The notes under the pieces were generated by a model. The model did not search any database. It was not told the DNA's origin and saw nothing but the letters and a program-made list of their open reading frames with translations. This document shows positions 19,949 through 30,261 of a DNA stretch of 64,000 nt, piece after piece. This DNA is from Ignavibacteriales bacterium (GTDB taxonomy: Bacteria > Bacillota > Clostridia > Acetivibrionales > UBA4821). The translations under genes and the position numbers were made by a program. Location of the stretch: assembly GCA_050260055.1 (NCBI GenBank), contig JBLNBO010000046.1, positions 1,962 to 65,961 of the forward strand. The letters run 5' to 3'. Every line of letters begins with the position of its first letter. The stretch's first letter is position 1.

Positions 19949-20590
19949 CTATTCTTGGTATATGCCCTGCTTTAAAATATCAAAATATTCATTAATCTCA
20001 TTTATAAGCTTGTTCATATTCTCTAACATTTCATCGGCAGAATGATTTTTATATTGACCCATGTATTTTTGGGACAGTCCTCCAAGAAACAACATAATAA
20101 TCTCTACTGCTTTCTCCCTAGGCACTCCTTTACGGAGCTTGGAAATATCTATCCCCTCAAAAAATCTTGGCATGTGCTCACTATTTAATTGAACATACCT
20201 ACTTTCAATTTCTTCTTTCAATTCATCTGGAAAATTAATAAATGCATTGAAAACGAGGTTGAACATTAGGGGTTCTTCATACCACATCCTCATTTTCAAA
20301 AGACTTACCCACATCATTCTCTCAAAAAGATCCGAAGGCTTGTCCTCAGAAATATCATAGTATTTATTTAATATATAATTAATTGAATAATCCAGGGTAG
20401 ATAAAAAAACATTCTTTTTACTTCCAAAATAATGAAATAACAATCCTTTGGAAATGCCCGAGTTCCTCACGATAGAATTTGTTGAAGCCTTTTCATATCC
20501 ATTATTGGCGAATTCTTCTATGCATGCTGAAAGTATTTTATTTTTCTTATCTTCTGGCAGTATGTCAAACATTTCATTCAAAGAAATCAC
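19949..20590 (-). CDS. TetR/AcrR family transcriptional regulator, last gene of the efflux operon
   Basis: N-terminal HTH GYEKASTNSIVRNSGISKGLLFHYFGSKK. Its GTG start overlaps the adaptor stop as GTGA. Confidence 0.85.
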   Translation of the reverse strand: MISLNEMFDILPEDKKNKILSACIEEFANNGYEKASTNSIVRNSGISKGLLFHYFGSKKNVFLSTLDYSINYILNKYYDISEDKPSDLFERMMWVSLLKMRMWYEEPLMFNLVFNAFINFPDELKEEIESRYVQLNSEHMPRFFEGIDISKLRKGVPREKAVEIIMLFLGGLSQKYMGQYKNHSADEMLENMNKLINEINEYFDILKQGIYQE

Positions 20591-21870
20591 CTCTCCTTTC
20601 CTTTAACCTTCATTCCTTCTTTGATAGTATTATCCGGTTTAAGCAGTACACAATCCCCTTCTTTTAACCCCTCTAAAATTTCTATGAATTGATCATTCTC
20701 TAAACCAGTCTTCACCTGTCTAATTACTGTTTTACCATTTACTACAGCAAGTACACATGTCCTTCCTTTATAGTCAAATACTGAACCATCAAGTACAATA
20801 AGGGTCTTTTTCTTATCTGCCGTGATTATCTTTATATCAACTGTATAACCTGGCTTTAATATACTTTGCCCATTTGTAAACTGTATTGTTACCGGAACTC
20901 TCTTCTGATTAACTCCCAAGGTTGATGTAATGGTCTTAGCTGATGGGGCAATCTTGCTTACCCTGCCGTTTAATACTATATCTCCCAAAGGCTTTCCGGT
21001 TATCTCAACTTCATTACCTATTTTTACTTTACTGCTGTCATCTGCCAAAATGTTTGCTTCTAATTCCAGCCTTTTTACATCGCCAATCAAAAACACTGCA
21101 GTTCCGGCAGTTAATGGAGAATCCACATCAATATATTTTTCCAAGACAATTCCATCTATAGGAGCCTTTATTATCTGTTTACTGATATTTCTTAATATTC
21201 CATCCCTGAATATCAACGCTTGCTCTAATTGAGAAATATATGTGTTTTTTTGATAGCTCGGTGTTCCGCGCTTAATATCTGCAAGCTGAGCATTTGCCGC
21301 ATCTAGATTAGCTTTAGCCGTTTTATAAGCATCTTCTGATTTATCAAGCTCATTTTTGCTGATGGAACCCGCCGAAAGTAAGATTTTATTATTTTCGTAA
21401 TCTCTCAAAGCTGTGTCGTAAGCTATCTTGGCTTGTTCAACCGAAGCTTTTGCCGCCTCTATCTTATCAGCATAATTTTCATAATTTGTCCCTTTAATCT
21501 GCTCCCTAGCTGCATCAACCTTGGCATTTGCATCCTTTAATTGAAGCTCGAGATCAGCTTTGTCTAAAGTCAGTAATATATCACCCTCTAAAACAGAATC
21601 GCCAACATCAAAATTTACACTGGTAATCTTACCATTGCCTTCTGAATATACAGTCTGCTTCTCTTTGCTTTGAACATCTGCGGTATCTTCAAGGTATTGC
21701 TTTATTTCACCTTTTGCAACCTTTGCAATATCAACAGCCGTTCCACCCATAATTGGAATTAAAACACCTGCCATAATTGCAATTATTAAGACAACAATCC
21801 CAATCCAAATCCATTTTTTCATGTTAGACGCTCCCTTTACAATTGAATTTTTACTCTCCGAATTCTCCAT
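20587..21870 (-). CDS. Efflux transporter periplasmic adaptor subunit (HlyD/MacA-like membrane fusion protein)
   Basis: N-terminal TM helix, a long coiled-coil (LELQLKDANAKVDAAREQ...) and beta-barrel/lipoyl motifs. Confidence 0.85.
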   Translation of the reverse strand: MENSESKNSIVKGASNMKKWIWIGIVVLIIAIMAGVLIPIMGGTAVDIAKVAKGEIKQYLEDTADVQSKEKQTVYSEGNGKITSVNFDVGDSVLEGDILLTLDKADLELQLKDANAKVDAAREQIKGTNYENYADKIEAAKASVEQAKIAYDTALRDYENNKILLSAGSISKNELDKSEDAYKTAKANLDAANAQLADIKRGTPSYQKNTYISQLEQALIFRDGILRNISKQIIKAPIDGIVLEKYIDVDSPLTAGTAVFLIGDVKRLELEANILADDSSKVKIGNEVEITGKPLGDIVLNGRVSKIAPSAKTITSTLGVNQKRVPVTIQFTNGQSILKPGYTVDIKIITADKKKTLIVLDGSVFDYKGRTCVLAVVNGKTVIRQVKTGLENDQFIEILEGLKEGDCVLLKPDNTIKEGMKVKGKER

Positions 21871-21917
21871 TTACCTTCCTTCTCCTAATACTCCGGAAGA
21901 AGGGTTAAGAGAATTTT

Positions 21918-24287
21918 CTATTCATTGCTCTTTAACACCGCAATCATATCAATATCTCTAATCTTCTTTGTCAAAACGAAATTTGCCATTCCAGTAAATA
22001 TCATTGTTAATACAAGCGATAACAAGTAAGTCTGCAGCGTTACTATAAATGGGAAAGTATACGAATCCGTATTACTTACCGATAACATCGTATATCCCAT
22101 CCATAAGCCAGTAGGAAGTCCAATTAATCCGCCCCCAAATGCTATTATATAATTTTCATTAAAAACCAGTTTTTTAACTTCGGAATCTTTGAATCCCAAT
22201 ACTTTTAATGTTGCAAGCTCTCTTTGCCTTTCAAATATATTTATGGAAGCAATATTATACATAACAGCAATTGCAAGAATAGCTGCGAGAAAAATCATTA
22301 CTCCTATTGATGATGTCGATGCAGCCATATTTTCAGTCAAATTATTCAATGAATCCGATTTGGATTGGATTGAGCTTACTGCCGGTATATCCTTTAATTC
22401 ATCCATTACTTCTTTTTCAGCATTTGCATTATCAAGCTTCAATACTACCGAATTCGCACAAACACCTTCTCCTAGTATCCTGCCTGCATAATCAATACTA
22501 CAGTAAGCACTTTGACCTATATATTGAGCGATTATGCCTCTTACATAGGTTTCCTTCTTTTCTTTTCCAGGAAGAAGCGATTTAATATATACCATATCAT
22601 TGACTTTTACGCCTAATGTTTCAGCCATTTTTTGAGGTATCAAAATTCCCTGTTTTGGCAGTTTCGCAGCTTCCCCTTTCTTATCAGTTACTTTATACAT
22701 TTCAGGATTATCAATTAGGCCTGTGAAACCTGCGTCCTTTTTTCGCCATCCGTTTGAAATCTCTACCCCTGCTTCAACAACCGGTTCTAGCTTTGAAACA
22801 TGCGATATATTTCTTATTCGCGACATTTCTTCTGCATTTAAAAACTTATTAAAATTAACCTTGATATCATAATTCTGAATGTTTTTGTACTGCTGATCTA
22901 TCATATAATTAATTGAATCCAGCATACTTAAGGAAACCAGCACTAATGCAGTAGAAAATATTACACCTATTGAGGTCATCATGGCTCTTTTCTTATACCT
23001 GAATAAATTCCTTAAGATAATTTTCCAACTGTAATTTAAATTTCTCCAAAATGCTTTGATTCTTTCCAGCAATATCGTTTTCCCGCTTTTTGGTGCTTTC
23101 GGCCGCATTGCTTGACTTGGTGTAATCTTTAAAACAACTTTGCATGCATTATAACCAGCCAATATGCAAAAGAACAGTGTTATCACCGATGCTGGTATGA
23201 CAAGTTCCGGGTAAATCTTCATATCAGCAGGCGGAAGATGAAAATAAGCATTCTCCATATTTGTAAAACCAATTCCAAGATACATTCCACAAACCGCTCC
23301 TAAAGCGCACCCAATCAAAGCAACAAATATCGAATAAGATAAATAGTGAAAAAGCACCTGCATGTTGCTGAACCCGAATGCTTTTAGAATGCCAATCTGC
23401 GTCCTTTGATTTTCAACCATTCTTCCCATCATAATATAAATAATTACTGCAGCAACTAAAAAGAATACAATTGGGAAAGTACCTCCGGTAGCTTTCAGAC
23501 CTTTCATTTCTTCAGTCAGCATTCTATTGCTTATTTGGTCTTCGCTTCCAATAACACTTGTTGCTCCGTAGTTCTTTAGGATTTTTTTAAATTCATCCTT
23601 GGCATCCTCAATATCAGTACCATTTCTAAGGATTGCGGATATATTATTTATAGAACCGTTAAAATCAAAAATCGCCTGACCGAAAGAGTTCTTGATGTAA
23701 ACTATTCCAAATTTTGTATTATCAGGCATAAGCTCACCGCTGTCTTTCAAGACATAGACAAATTCAGGGCTCTTTACCGAGCCAGCCACTTTAAGTTTAA
23801 TCTCGTTTCCATTAATTATTGGGTATATATAATCTCCGCGGCTTAACTTATGCGCTTTATAAAATTCTTCTTCAATAAGGCATTGATTGCTTTCATTTTC
23901 TGAAAAATACTTTCCTGATTTTATAACTACATCATTGACAATATCTTGTTTTTTATCAGGCAGCGTGATTAGTCTCACTGTTGCATTCATATCAGAAATT
24001 TTCATTTTTGAATCTTGAACAATTCTTCCATTAGCCATTTTTACATATGGCAAAGCTTTTATTCTATCAATTATACCTTCAGGTGCTTTATAAAAATCGG
24101 CCCAAATATCTCCGAACCTGTATTCGCTATAGTATTTTGCGCTTGCTAAAGAAAGGTTCTTAAATGTCGCATTTATACCAGAATAGAACATAACACCAAT
24201 CATAACTATAACAATTATAGATATGAATTGGCCTTTCGCTTCATTTGCATCTCTGATTAGTTTTCTTAGCAAAATACCCATTACCAT
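21918..24287 (-). CDS. ABC transporter permease with two FtsX/MacB-type domains
   Basis: 789 aa. Two repeats of 4 TM helices with a large extracytoplasmic loop. QRTQIGILKAFGF and RQRELATLKVLGF motifs. Confidence 0.85.
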   Translation of the reverse strand: MVMGILLRKLIRDANEAKGQFISIIVIVMIGVMFYSGINATFKNLSLASAKYYSEYRFGDIWADFYKAPEGIIDRIKALPYVKMANGRIVQDSKMKISDMNATVRLITLPDKKQDIVNDVVIKSGKYFSENESNQCLIEEEFYKAHKLSRGDYIYPIINGNEIKLKVAGSVKSPEFVYVLKDSGELMPDNTKFGIVYIKNSFGQAIFDFNGSINNISAILRNGTDIEDAKDEFKKILKNYGATSVIGSEDQISNRMLTEEMKGLKATGGTFPIVFFLVAAVIIYIMMGRMVENQRTQIGILKAFGFSNMQVLFHYLSYSIFVALIGCALGAVCGMYLGIGFTNMENAYFHLPPADMKIYPELVIPASVITLFFCILAGYNACKVVLKITPSQAMRPKAPKSGKTILLERIKAFWRNLNYSWKIILRNLFRYKKRAMMTSIGVIFSTALVLVSLSMLDSINYMIDQQYKNIQNYDIKVNFNKFLNAEEMSRIRNISHVSKLEPVVEAGVEISNGWRKKDAGFTGLIDNPEMYKVTDKKGEAAKLPKQGILIPQKMAETLGVKVNDMVYIKSLLPGKEKKETYVRGIIAQYIGQSAYCSIDYAGRILGEGVCANSVVLKLDNANAEKEVMDELKDIPAVSSIQSKSDSLNNLTENMAASTSSIGVMIFLAAILAIAVMYNIASINIFERQRELATLKVLGFKDSEVKKLVFNENYIIAFGGGLIGLPTGLWMGYTMLSVSNTDSYTFPFIVTLQTYLLSLVLTMIFTGMANFVLTKKIRDIDMIAVLKSNE

Positions 24288-24985
24288 TCAATCCTTTCAG
24301 GCGGTACGGGGTTTTCATTTACAACAATATCTTCAACCATTCCGCTTTTAAGCTTTATAACCTTATCAGCCATTCCTGCAATCGCGGAATTATGAGTAAT
24401 TAGTATAGTAGTCCTCTTCATATTTTTATTCATATCATGTAAAAGCTTTAATACTATCTTGCCGGTTTTATAATCCAATGCTCCTGTAGGCTCATCGCAT
24501 AAAAGCACAAGGGGATTTTTAGCGATGGCTCGAGCTATAGCTACTCTCTGCTGTTCCCCTCCCGAGAGCTGAGCCGGGAAATTGCCTCCTCTTTCGCTTA
24601 GCCCAATATCTTTCAAAACTTCCTTTGCATTTAACGGACTGCTTACAGTCTGGGTTACTAATTCAACGTTTTCTATGGCAGTAAGATTAGGTATCAGATT
24701 GTAAAATTGGAATATAAATCCTACGTTATTTCTTCTATAGAGGGTAAGCTCTTTTTCCGAGAATTGTGCAATGTTTTTACCATCAACCAAAACCTCCCCT
24801 GAGGTTGGCTTATCCATTCCTCCGATGATGTTGAGTATAGTACTTTTACCCGAACCGCTAGGCCCAAGGACAACAACAAATTCGCCTCTGGTGATTTCGA
24901 AATTCATTCCATCACAGGCTTTTACAGTAACCTCTCCGGTTTTATATTCTTTACTTAGGTTTTTTACAACAATTATAGAATCCAA
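24281..24985 (-). CDS. ABC transporter ATP-binding protein (MacB/LolD type)
   Basis: Walker [10 protein letters not shown], signature [14 protein letters not shown], Walker [13 protein letters not shown]. The TTG at 24985 with a GGGGGA Shine-Dalgarno is preferred over the ORF-track start at 25027. Confidence 0.9.
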   Translation of the reverse strand: MDSIIVVKNLSKEYKTGEVTVKACDGMNFEITRGEFVVVLGPSGSGKSTILNIIGGMDKPTSGEVLVDGKNIAQFSEKELTLYRRNNVGFIFQFYNLIPNLTAIENVELVTQTVSSPLNAKEVLKDIGLSERGGNFPAQLSGGEQQRVAIARAIAKNPLVLLCDEPTGALDYKTGKIVLKLLHDMNKNMKRTTILITHNSAIAGMADKVIKLKSGMVEDIVVNENPVPPERIEW

Positions 24986-25033
24986 AGTAATCCCCCATCT
25001 ATTTTTTCTATTTGACCACCAAGTCAATCACCA

Positions 25034-25087
25034 ATGTAATTATAGCACTCCATTAACCGCCTGGTCAATAGAGCGCTATAATTACAT
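25034..25087 (-). promoter_or_regulatory. Putative promoter of the ABC efflux operon bracketed by a 13-bp perfect inverted repeat (candidate TetR operator)
   Basis: ATGTAATTATAGC (25034-25046) and GCTATAATTACAT (25075-25087). On the minus strand TTGACC, 18 nt, TATAAT lies between and over the arms. Confidence 0.5.
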
Positions 25088-25339
25088 ATGATTGGTTTTA
25101 TTCTGCATAAAATGGGCGCTCTGTTCTGTAGCTTACTGATTATCTGTCATGCTAGAAACAAAGGCCTTCTACCATTTTGCTACACCTAAAATCAGTTATA
25201 AAACATTCCCTTCCCCTATTTCTCTTGTTTAATCATTTCTAAAAGTGATATAATTTTATTAAGAAAAATAATGTATCTTCTCCGCGCTCTTCCATGCTTT
25301 GTATTAATTTCTACTGTTCTCTGAGGAGGCTTCTAAAAT

Positions 25340-26815
25340 TTGAATAACAATATATTTTTTGATAATGAAATAAAAATAAACCGCTTTCTAATAAGGAGCA
25401 ACTGGATTGCTATCCTTATCTCTTATCCATTGTTTTATTTCAATAGATTTATGGGTTTTACGAATATTAAATATGAAAACTTAACTATTGTATGTGTATT
25501 AACTGTTTTAATGGCACTTATATCTGAATTATGGTACTTATTTGAAGCAAAATACAATAAATTTGATTTAATCCTGAAATATTATATCGTAACCGTAATA
25601 TCAATATCCTTCACCATGCTTATTGCATTGATGGGCGATCCATTTCTTATCGGTATCTATGTCTATCTATTCATCGCTGCAGCCTTATACTTTGATATAA
25701 AAATAAAGATATATGCCGGATTCCTGAATATCTTTTTTGTATTTATTCTTACATACTTTAATTTAATAAATCCATTTTTACGTTTTAATTCAGTCATTTT
25801 TTATGCAGACATATTTACAACATCAATTCTCTGCCTCGTGCTTCTTAGTGCTTATTCCCATAGGTCTATGAAAATTATTAATTTAATTCAAAGTCAGCAG
25901 GAACAGCTTGCAGAATTAAATTCATCTTTAGAGTCTAAAGTTAAGAACCGTACAATGCAGCTTGAAACTGCCAACCAAGAGTTAAATGCAAAAAATCAGG
26001 AAATGCTTGCACTTAATCAACTACTTTCTGACTCAAATAAAAACTTACAAAAGGCTTACGAAGACCTTTCACATACCGAGACTCAGCTTATACAAAATGA
26101 GAAAATGGCTTCTCTTGGCATGCTGGTTGCTGGCGTTGCCCATGAAATAAATAATCCTCTTGCTGCTTTAAATAATAATATAAGTGTTTTTGATACCATG
26201 TTAAAAAAGCTTGAAGGCAGAACTTATGATGATGAAACCTTCGAAAAAATGATTGCTGATTTTTATGGTATAAACAATATAAACTCTATGGCATGTGAAA
26301 GAATTATAAAAATTGTCAAAAGTTTAAGGAGCTTTGCCCGGTTAGATGAAGCTGAATATGTCGAAACAGATATCCACGAAAGCCTTGATAATACCCTTAT
26401 TCTTCTAAACCATAAAATAAAAAACAATATTGAAATTATTAAGGAATATGGTGAAATTCCAAAAATCATGTGTTTTTCAAATCAAATCAATCAAGTCTTC
26501 ATGAACATTCTCTGCAACTCAATTGATGCAATAAATAATGAAGGTAAAATTCGGATAAGGACTGAACACAAAGATGATAAAATAATTGTTAAGATAAAAG
26601 ATACTGGGATAGGTATAAAGCCGGAGAACCTGAAGAAAATTTTCGACCCAGGGTTTACGACAAAGGGGGTTGGCGTTGGCACAGGGCTTGGTATGTCCAT
26701 TGTTTATAATATTATTGAAACTCACAAAGGAGAAATTCATGTTAATTCAGAACCAGGAGCTGGTACAGAAACTATCATAATACTTCCGATAAACTCTGAG
26801 CCTAATTACTCTTGA
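25340..26815 (+). CDS. Orphan sensor histidine kinase with a polytopic membrane N-domain
   Basis: About 6-7 TM helices, a coiled-coil, the HisKA H-box VAGVAHEINNPLAA, and HATPase_c N/G boxes (DTGIGI, GVGTGLGMS). Confidence 0.85.
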   Translation: MNNNIFFDNEIKINRFLIRSNWIAILISYPLFYFNRFMGFTNIKYENLTIVCVLTVLMALISELWYLFEAKYNKFDLILKYYIVTVISISFTMLIALMGDPFLIGIYVYLFIAAALYFDIKIKIYAGFLNIFFVFILTYFNLINPFLRFNSVIFYADIFTTSILCLVLLSAYSHRSMKIINLIQSQQEQLAELNSSLESKVKNRTMQLETANQELNAKNQEMLALNQLLSDSNKNLQKAYEDLSHTETQLIQNEKMASLGMLVAGVAHEINNPLAALNNNISVFDTMLKKLEGRTYDDETFEKMIADFYGINNINSMACERIIKIVKSLRSFARLDEAEYVETDIHESLDNTLILLNHKIKNNIEIIKEYGEIPKIMCFSNQINQVFMNILCNSIDAINNEGKIRIRTEHKDDKIIVKIKDTGIGIKPENLKKIFDPGFTTKGVGVGTGLGMSIVYNIIETHKGEIHVNSEPGAGTETIIILPINSEPNYS

Positions 26816-27070
26816 GTTAAAGCCTAAGAATTTATCAAAAAACTTTTAGGCTTTATTAGATTTTCTGCTTGGAAAAAAGATTTTCCAATTTGCTATCCTA
26901 TATACTTCTATTATTTATTTCCTGCAAAACCGGTCTCACTTTTTACTTTCAAAAACTGTAGTTATAGCTGCTATGCCGCTTTATATATTCCTTTTAATTC
27001 CTGAATTTTACTTTATTAGAAAAATGCGATATAATGAAATTGATAGCTTACAAAAAAAGGGGGGTTTTTC

Positions 27071-27928
27071 ATGGGTAGAGATGATAGAGATGGGCCAATT
27101 CGCCGCAGTATTAGCGAAATGAATAGTAGTATTAGGGATATGAATCGCAGTAATCTACAAAGAAGATCAACCTATCCAACACCTATGCAGGTTATCTCCC
27201 GAACCAGTAAGCCTGATAAGCCAAAAGAAGAGAAATCAAAACAACAAGATATTCAACCGCGTTCCAGGTTTGAGCCAGTTATCAGACAAATGGAAAAAAA
27301 GGACATTGATGAGGTAATTAACATATTTGATGCTGTTTATCCTGAACTTATAGGTTCTGAAGAGGATCAATGGCAGCCGGAACATCTATTGGTAAGTTCA
27401 GAGAAATTTCCGGAAGGCCATATGGTAGCAGTTGTTGATGGCAAAGTAGTTGGTTTTTCTCTTTCCTTTATTATAAATGAAGAGAGGCTCAAAAACGACA
27501 AGACTGAGGAAGACACAGAAGGTGATGGTTTTCTCGATACTCACGACCTTGAAAATGGGAATGTTCTCTATGTCAGTGAAGTTGTTGTACGTCCTGATTT
27601 ACAACATCAAGGCATTGGGAAAAACCTGATTTTAAACCAGAAAAACGTTGTAGAGAAATTCAAATTAAAAGGTGCCGCCGGAGCAAGCCTAGTTCCTGAT
27701 TATCATAAATACCATTTAGAACATCCTGACTGCGATATTCATGAATATGTAGGATTAAAGGATTCAGGCGGGAAACCTATTGACAGGAACATCAAGTTCT
27801 ACGAAAGCGCTTACTCTCACTACGGCGCTGAAGGCACCTTGACTCGATATGTCAAAGAAGGATATGTCGCAGACATAAATTCTGAAGGTAATGGTCTTAT
27901 TTATCTCTGGGAGCCCACTAAAGAATAA
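27071..27928 (+). CDS. GNAT family N-acetyltransferase with a disordered basic N-terminal region
   Basis: Motif A VVVRPDLQHQGIGKNLI. GGGGGG Shine-Dalgarno. Confidence 0.7.
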   Translation: MGRDDRDGPIRRSISEMNSSIRDMNRSNLQRRSTYPTPMQVISRTSKPDKPKEEKSKQQDIQPRSRFEPVIRQMEKKDIDEVINIFDAVYPELIGSEEDQWQPEHLLVSSEKFPEGHMVAVVDGKVVGFSLSFIINEERLKNDKTEEDTEGDGFLDTHDLENGNVLYVSEVVVRPDLQHQGIGKNLILNQKNVVEKFKLKGAAGASLVPDYHKYHLEHPDCDIHEYVGLKDSGGKPIDRNIKFYESAYSHYGAEGTLTRYVKEGYVADINSEGNGLIYLWEPTKE

Positions 27929-27932
27929 AACT

Positions 27933-28670
27933 TTACAGCCCCAATTTCATTCCATTTTTCTTCAACCATTGCCGAGCTTTTTTATGCTCAGGCATATGTA
28001 GAGCAACCATATTCCAATATTCCTTAGAATGGTTTAAATACCTTAAATGGCAAACCTCATGTATAATCACATAATCCGTTACCCACTGCGGTGACATTAT
28101 AAGCTTCCAGTTAAAATTTAAATTGCCCTTTTTTGAACAGCTGCCCCATCTGGTTTTCTGCTCCTTAACCCTCATAGTGTTATAATGAAATCCTATAATT
28201 CTGCAAAAATAATCAAGCCGTTCCTTAAAAGCTTTGTTTGCAGCCTCTATATACCATTTTTTTAAAGCATCCTCTATAGCGGCCTTTCTTTCATTTTCTT
28301 CGATATTTTCATTTACATATATGTCAAACAGCTTGCCATCAAAGTCAATGAATACTTTCTTGTTATTATATGTATAAATTGCAATGTTACACTCATCACC
28401 CTTAAAAAGAATTCTCTCGCCGGTTTTCCATTCTCTATCGCATTCTTCTGCTTTCACAGACTGAAGTTTCACATAGTTCTTGTATATCCAATTACTTTTT
28501 ATCTTTAAAACCTTTTCCACTTCATCAAGTTTGGTTCTTAAAGGTTTTGTAACCCTTAGCCCATCAGTCCCCATAACTAGCTTAATACACTTCGCCTTTT
28601 TATTTTCAGTAACATAGTAAGGTATGGATAAGCTGCCTATATTAAAATAGAACTCTTCATTAGTAATCAT
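27933..28670 (-). CDS. YgjP-like (DUF45/M48-related) metal-dependent hydrolase
   Basis: RWGSCSKKGNLNFNWKL and HEVCHLRYLNHSKEYW (HExxH). Confidence 0.85.
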   Translation of the reverse strand: MITNEEFYFNIGSLSIPYYVTENKKAKCIKLVMGTDGLRVTKPLRTKLDEVEKVLKIKSNWIYKNYVKLQSVKAEECDREWKTGERILFKGDECNIAIYTYNNKKVFIDFDGKLFDIYVNENIEENERKAAIEDALKKWYIEAANKAFKERLDYFCRIIGFHYNTMRVKEQKTRWGSCSKKGNLNFNWKLIMSPQWVTDYVIIHEVCHLRYLNHSKEYWNMVALHMPEHKKARQWLKKNGMKLGL

Positions 28671-28770
28671 ATTAACTCTTTTCCTTATTAAAATTGCTTT
28701 GAAACCTCTTTCTGCCTATATTATATAAGAATAAAGCGAACCTGCAAACGATTCGCCTTATTCCTTTCCC

Positions 28771-29202
28771 TTATTCTTTATTCTTTTTATTCAAAAAATC
28801 CAATGTATGCTTTATTGCCTCAAAAGCATCTGATGGATTCTCAATATCCTTGACAGTCTGTTCCATAGGGCAAAGGCCGGTTCCAGCGTGGTTTACAATA
28901 GTTTGAGTTAGCGTGTCATAGGAATATTGCACACCGTATTTCAGAAAAACCTTTAGAGCTTGTTCGCTCATTACGGAAGCATATATCTCTTTTACTCCCG
29001 CCAATACAAAAAGCATAGCTGCTGCCTTGCCTACAATCTTGTCCGCCGCGGAAAACCCATTCAAATCTATACCTGCAGTTATAAATTCTACCATAGGAGT
29101 AATGCCGCTTAGGGTACTTGTATGGGTGATGTCGTCTTTGCAAAGTACACAGGTATATCCACCACTTAGGAATAGTTTCTGTGCTTGTTCTATATTAGTC
29201 AT
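28771..29202 (-). CDS. DUF1893 (TM1506-like) domain protein
   Basis: LFLSGGYTCVLCKDD..TSTLSGITPM..DKIVGKAAAMLFVLAGVKEIYASVMSEQA. Overlaps the upstream ECF S-component stop. Confidence 0.75.
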   Translation of the reverse strand: MTNIEQAQKLFLSGGYTCVLCKDDITHTSTLSGITPMVEFITAGIDLNGFSAADKIVGKAAAMLFVLAGVKEIYASVMSEQALKVFLKYGVQYSYDTLTQTIVNHAGTGLCPMEQTVKDIENPSDAFEAIKHTLDFLNKKNKE

Positions 29203-29752
29203 TGTACTTTTTCCCACTTTCTATCCAGAACATTATCAGCGGGAACAAACACCATTGGAGCAGAATACCCGGCAGGCCACCGATTACAAAGTTCCAAATT
29301 CCAGCAGCATTTATAACCTGACTTTCTAACCCATAAACAGCAAACAGAATCGCCGAGGCTCTAAGCATTCGCCCAGCAATCTGTATCAGCAAAAGTTTGC
29401 TAAATGCCATCATTTTCACCTTACTTAACACTCCGGCAGCAAGGCCATAACCTGCTAGTTCGATTATTATAAAAGGAAGAATAACTGCCCCCGGCATACC
29501 AGAAAAACCAAAACTAATAAGTGGACTCAGGACGCCTACAACAATACCAACTATAGGCCCAGCAAGCAATCCAGCCAGAATCACTGGCAGCTGCATAGGC
29601 AGAAAGGTTTCACCCAAAGCAGCTCCCTGTCCAGAAATAACACCCACAGCGTGAAATATCTGGGGCAGAACCACAGCAGCAAGAATAGCTGCCGCAGTAG
29701 TTAATATTTTGGTTTTAAAGGTTATTTTATCTATCGTTAATAAATTCGTCAT
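29195..29752 (-). CDS. ECF transporter S (substrate-capture) component, substrate unknown
   Basis: 185 aa with 5-6 TM helices and a Gly/Ala-rich pattern typical of ECF S units. Confidence 0.6.
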   Translation of the reverse strand: MTNLLTIDKITFKTKILTTAAAILAAVVLPQIFHAVGVISGQGAALGETFLPMQLPVILAGLLAGPIVGIVVGVLSPLISFGFSGMPGAVILPFIIIELAGYGLAAGVLSKVKMMAFSKLLLIQIAGRMLRASAILFAVYGLESQVINAAGIWNFVIGGLPGILLQWCLFPLIMFWIESGKKYND

Positions 29753-29786
29753 GAAAGCATCTCCTTAATTTGAAAGTTATATAAAA

Positions 29787-30173
29787 CTAATTATCTAATC
29801 TTTTTAACTCTTTCTCTTTTACAACTACTCCCCGTTCATATCTTTCTATTTTGTAATCCAAGCGTTCAATTGTTTTCTTCATTTCTTCCATTTTTTCTAT
29901 TAACAGCTTACGCTGCTCGATTAAGAGTCTTTTTCTAGCATCAATAGTTTCATCACCCTGCTTGAACAGCGCAACATACTCAATCAATACTTCAATTGGA
30001 AGACCTGCATTTCTCATACATTTGATAAATTCAACCCACCTGCAGTCTTCTTCCGTATAATCCCTCATTCCACCTTTTTTGCGATTTACAGTAGGAATCA
30101 ATCCAATGCGTTCATAATAACGCAGAGTATCCTGCGAAAGATTATATTTTTTGCTTACTTCTGCAATCGTCAC
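29787..30173 (-). CDS. MerR family transcriptional regulator
   Basis: MTIAEVSKKYNLSQDTLRYYERIGLI HTH plus a C-terminal coiled-coil. GTG start. Confidence 0.9.
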   Translation of the reverse strand: MTIAEVSKKYNLSQDTLRYYERIGLIPTVNRKKGGMRDYTEEDCRWVEFIKCMRNAGLPIEVLIEYVALFKQGDETIDARKRLLIEQRKLLIEKMEEMKKTIERLDYKIERYERGVVVKEKELKRLDN

Positions 30174-30196
30174 GACTTCACCCCCTGATGTGTGAT

Positions 30197-30227
30197 ATTA
30201 TATCACCTAAAACTAGCTCCAAGTCAA
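30197..30227 (-). promoter_or_regulatory. MerR-type promoter with a 19-bp spacer upstream of the merR-family gene
   Basis: Minus strand reads TTGACT, then TGGAGCTAGTTTTAGGTGA (19 nt), then TATAAT. Confidence 0.65.
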
Positions 30228-30261
30228 ACCTTCAAAAAAATCTTCTATCCAGAAAATAGGG

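Noticed and set aside
29753-29786. Looked for a riboswitch (e.g. thiamine, queuosine or riboflavin type) upstream of the ECF S-component gene
   Set aside because: Only 34 nt separate it from the merR-family gene, which is too short for any known aptamer. The substrate therefore cannot be inferred this way.
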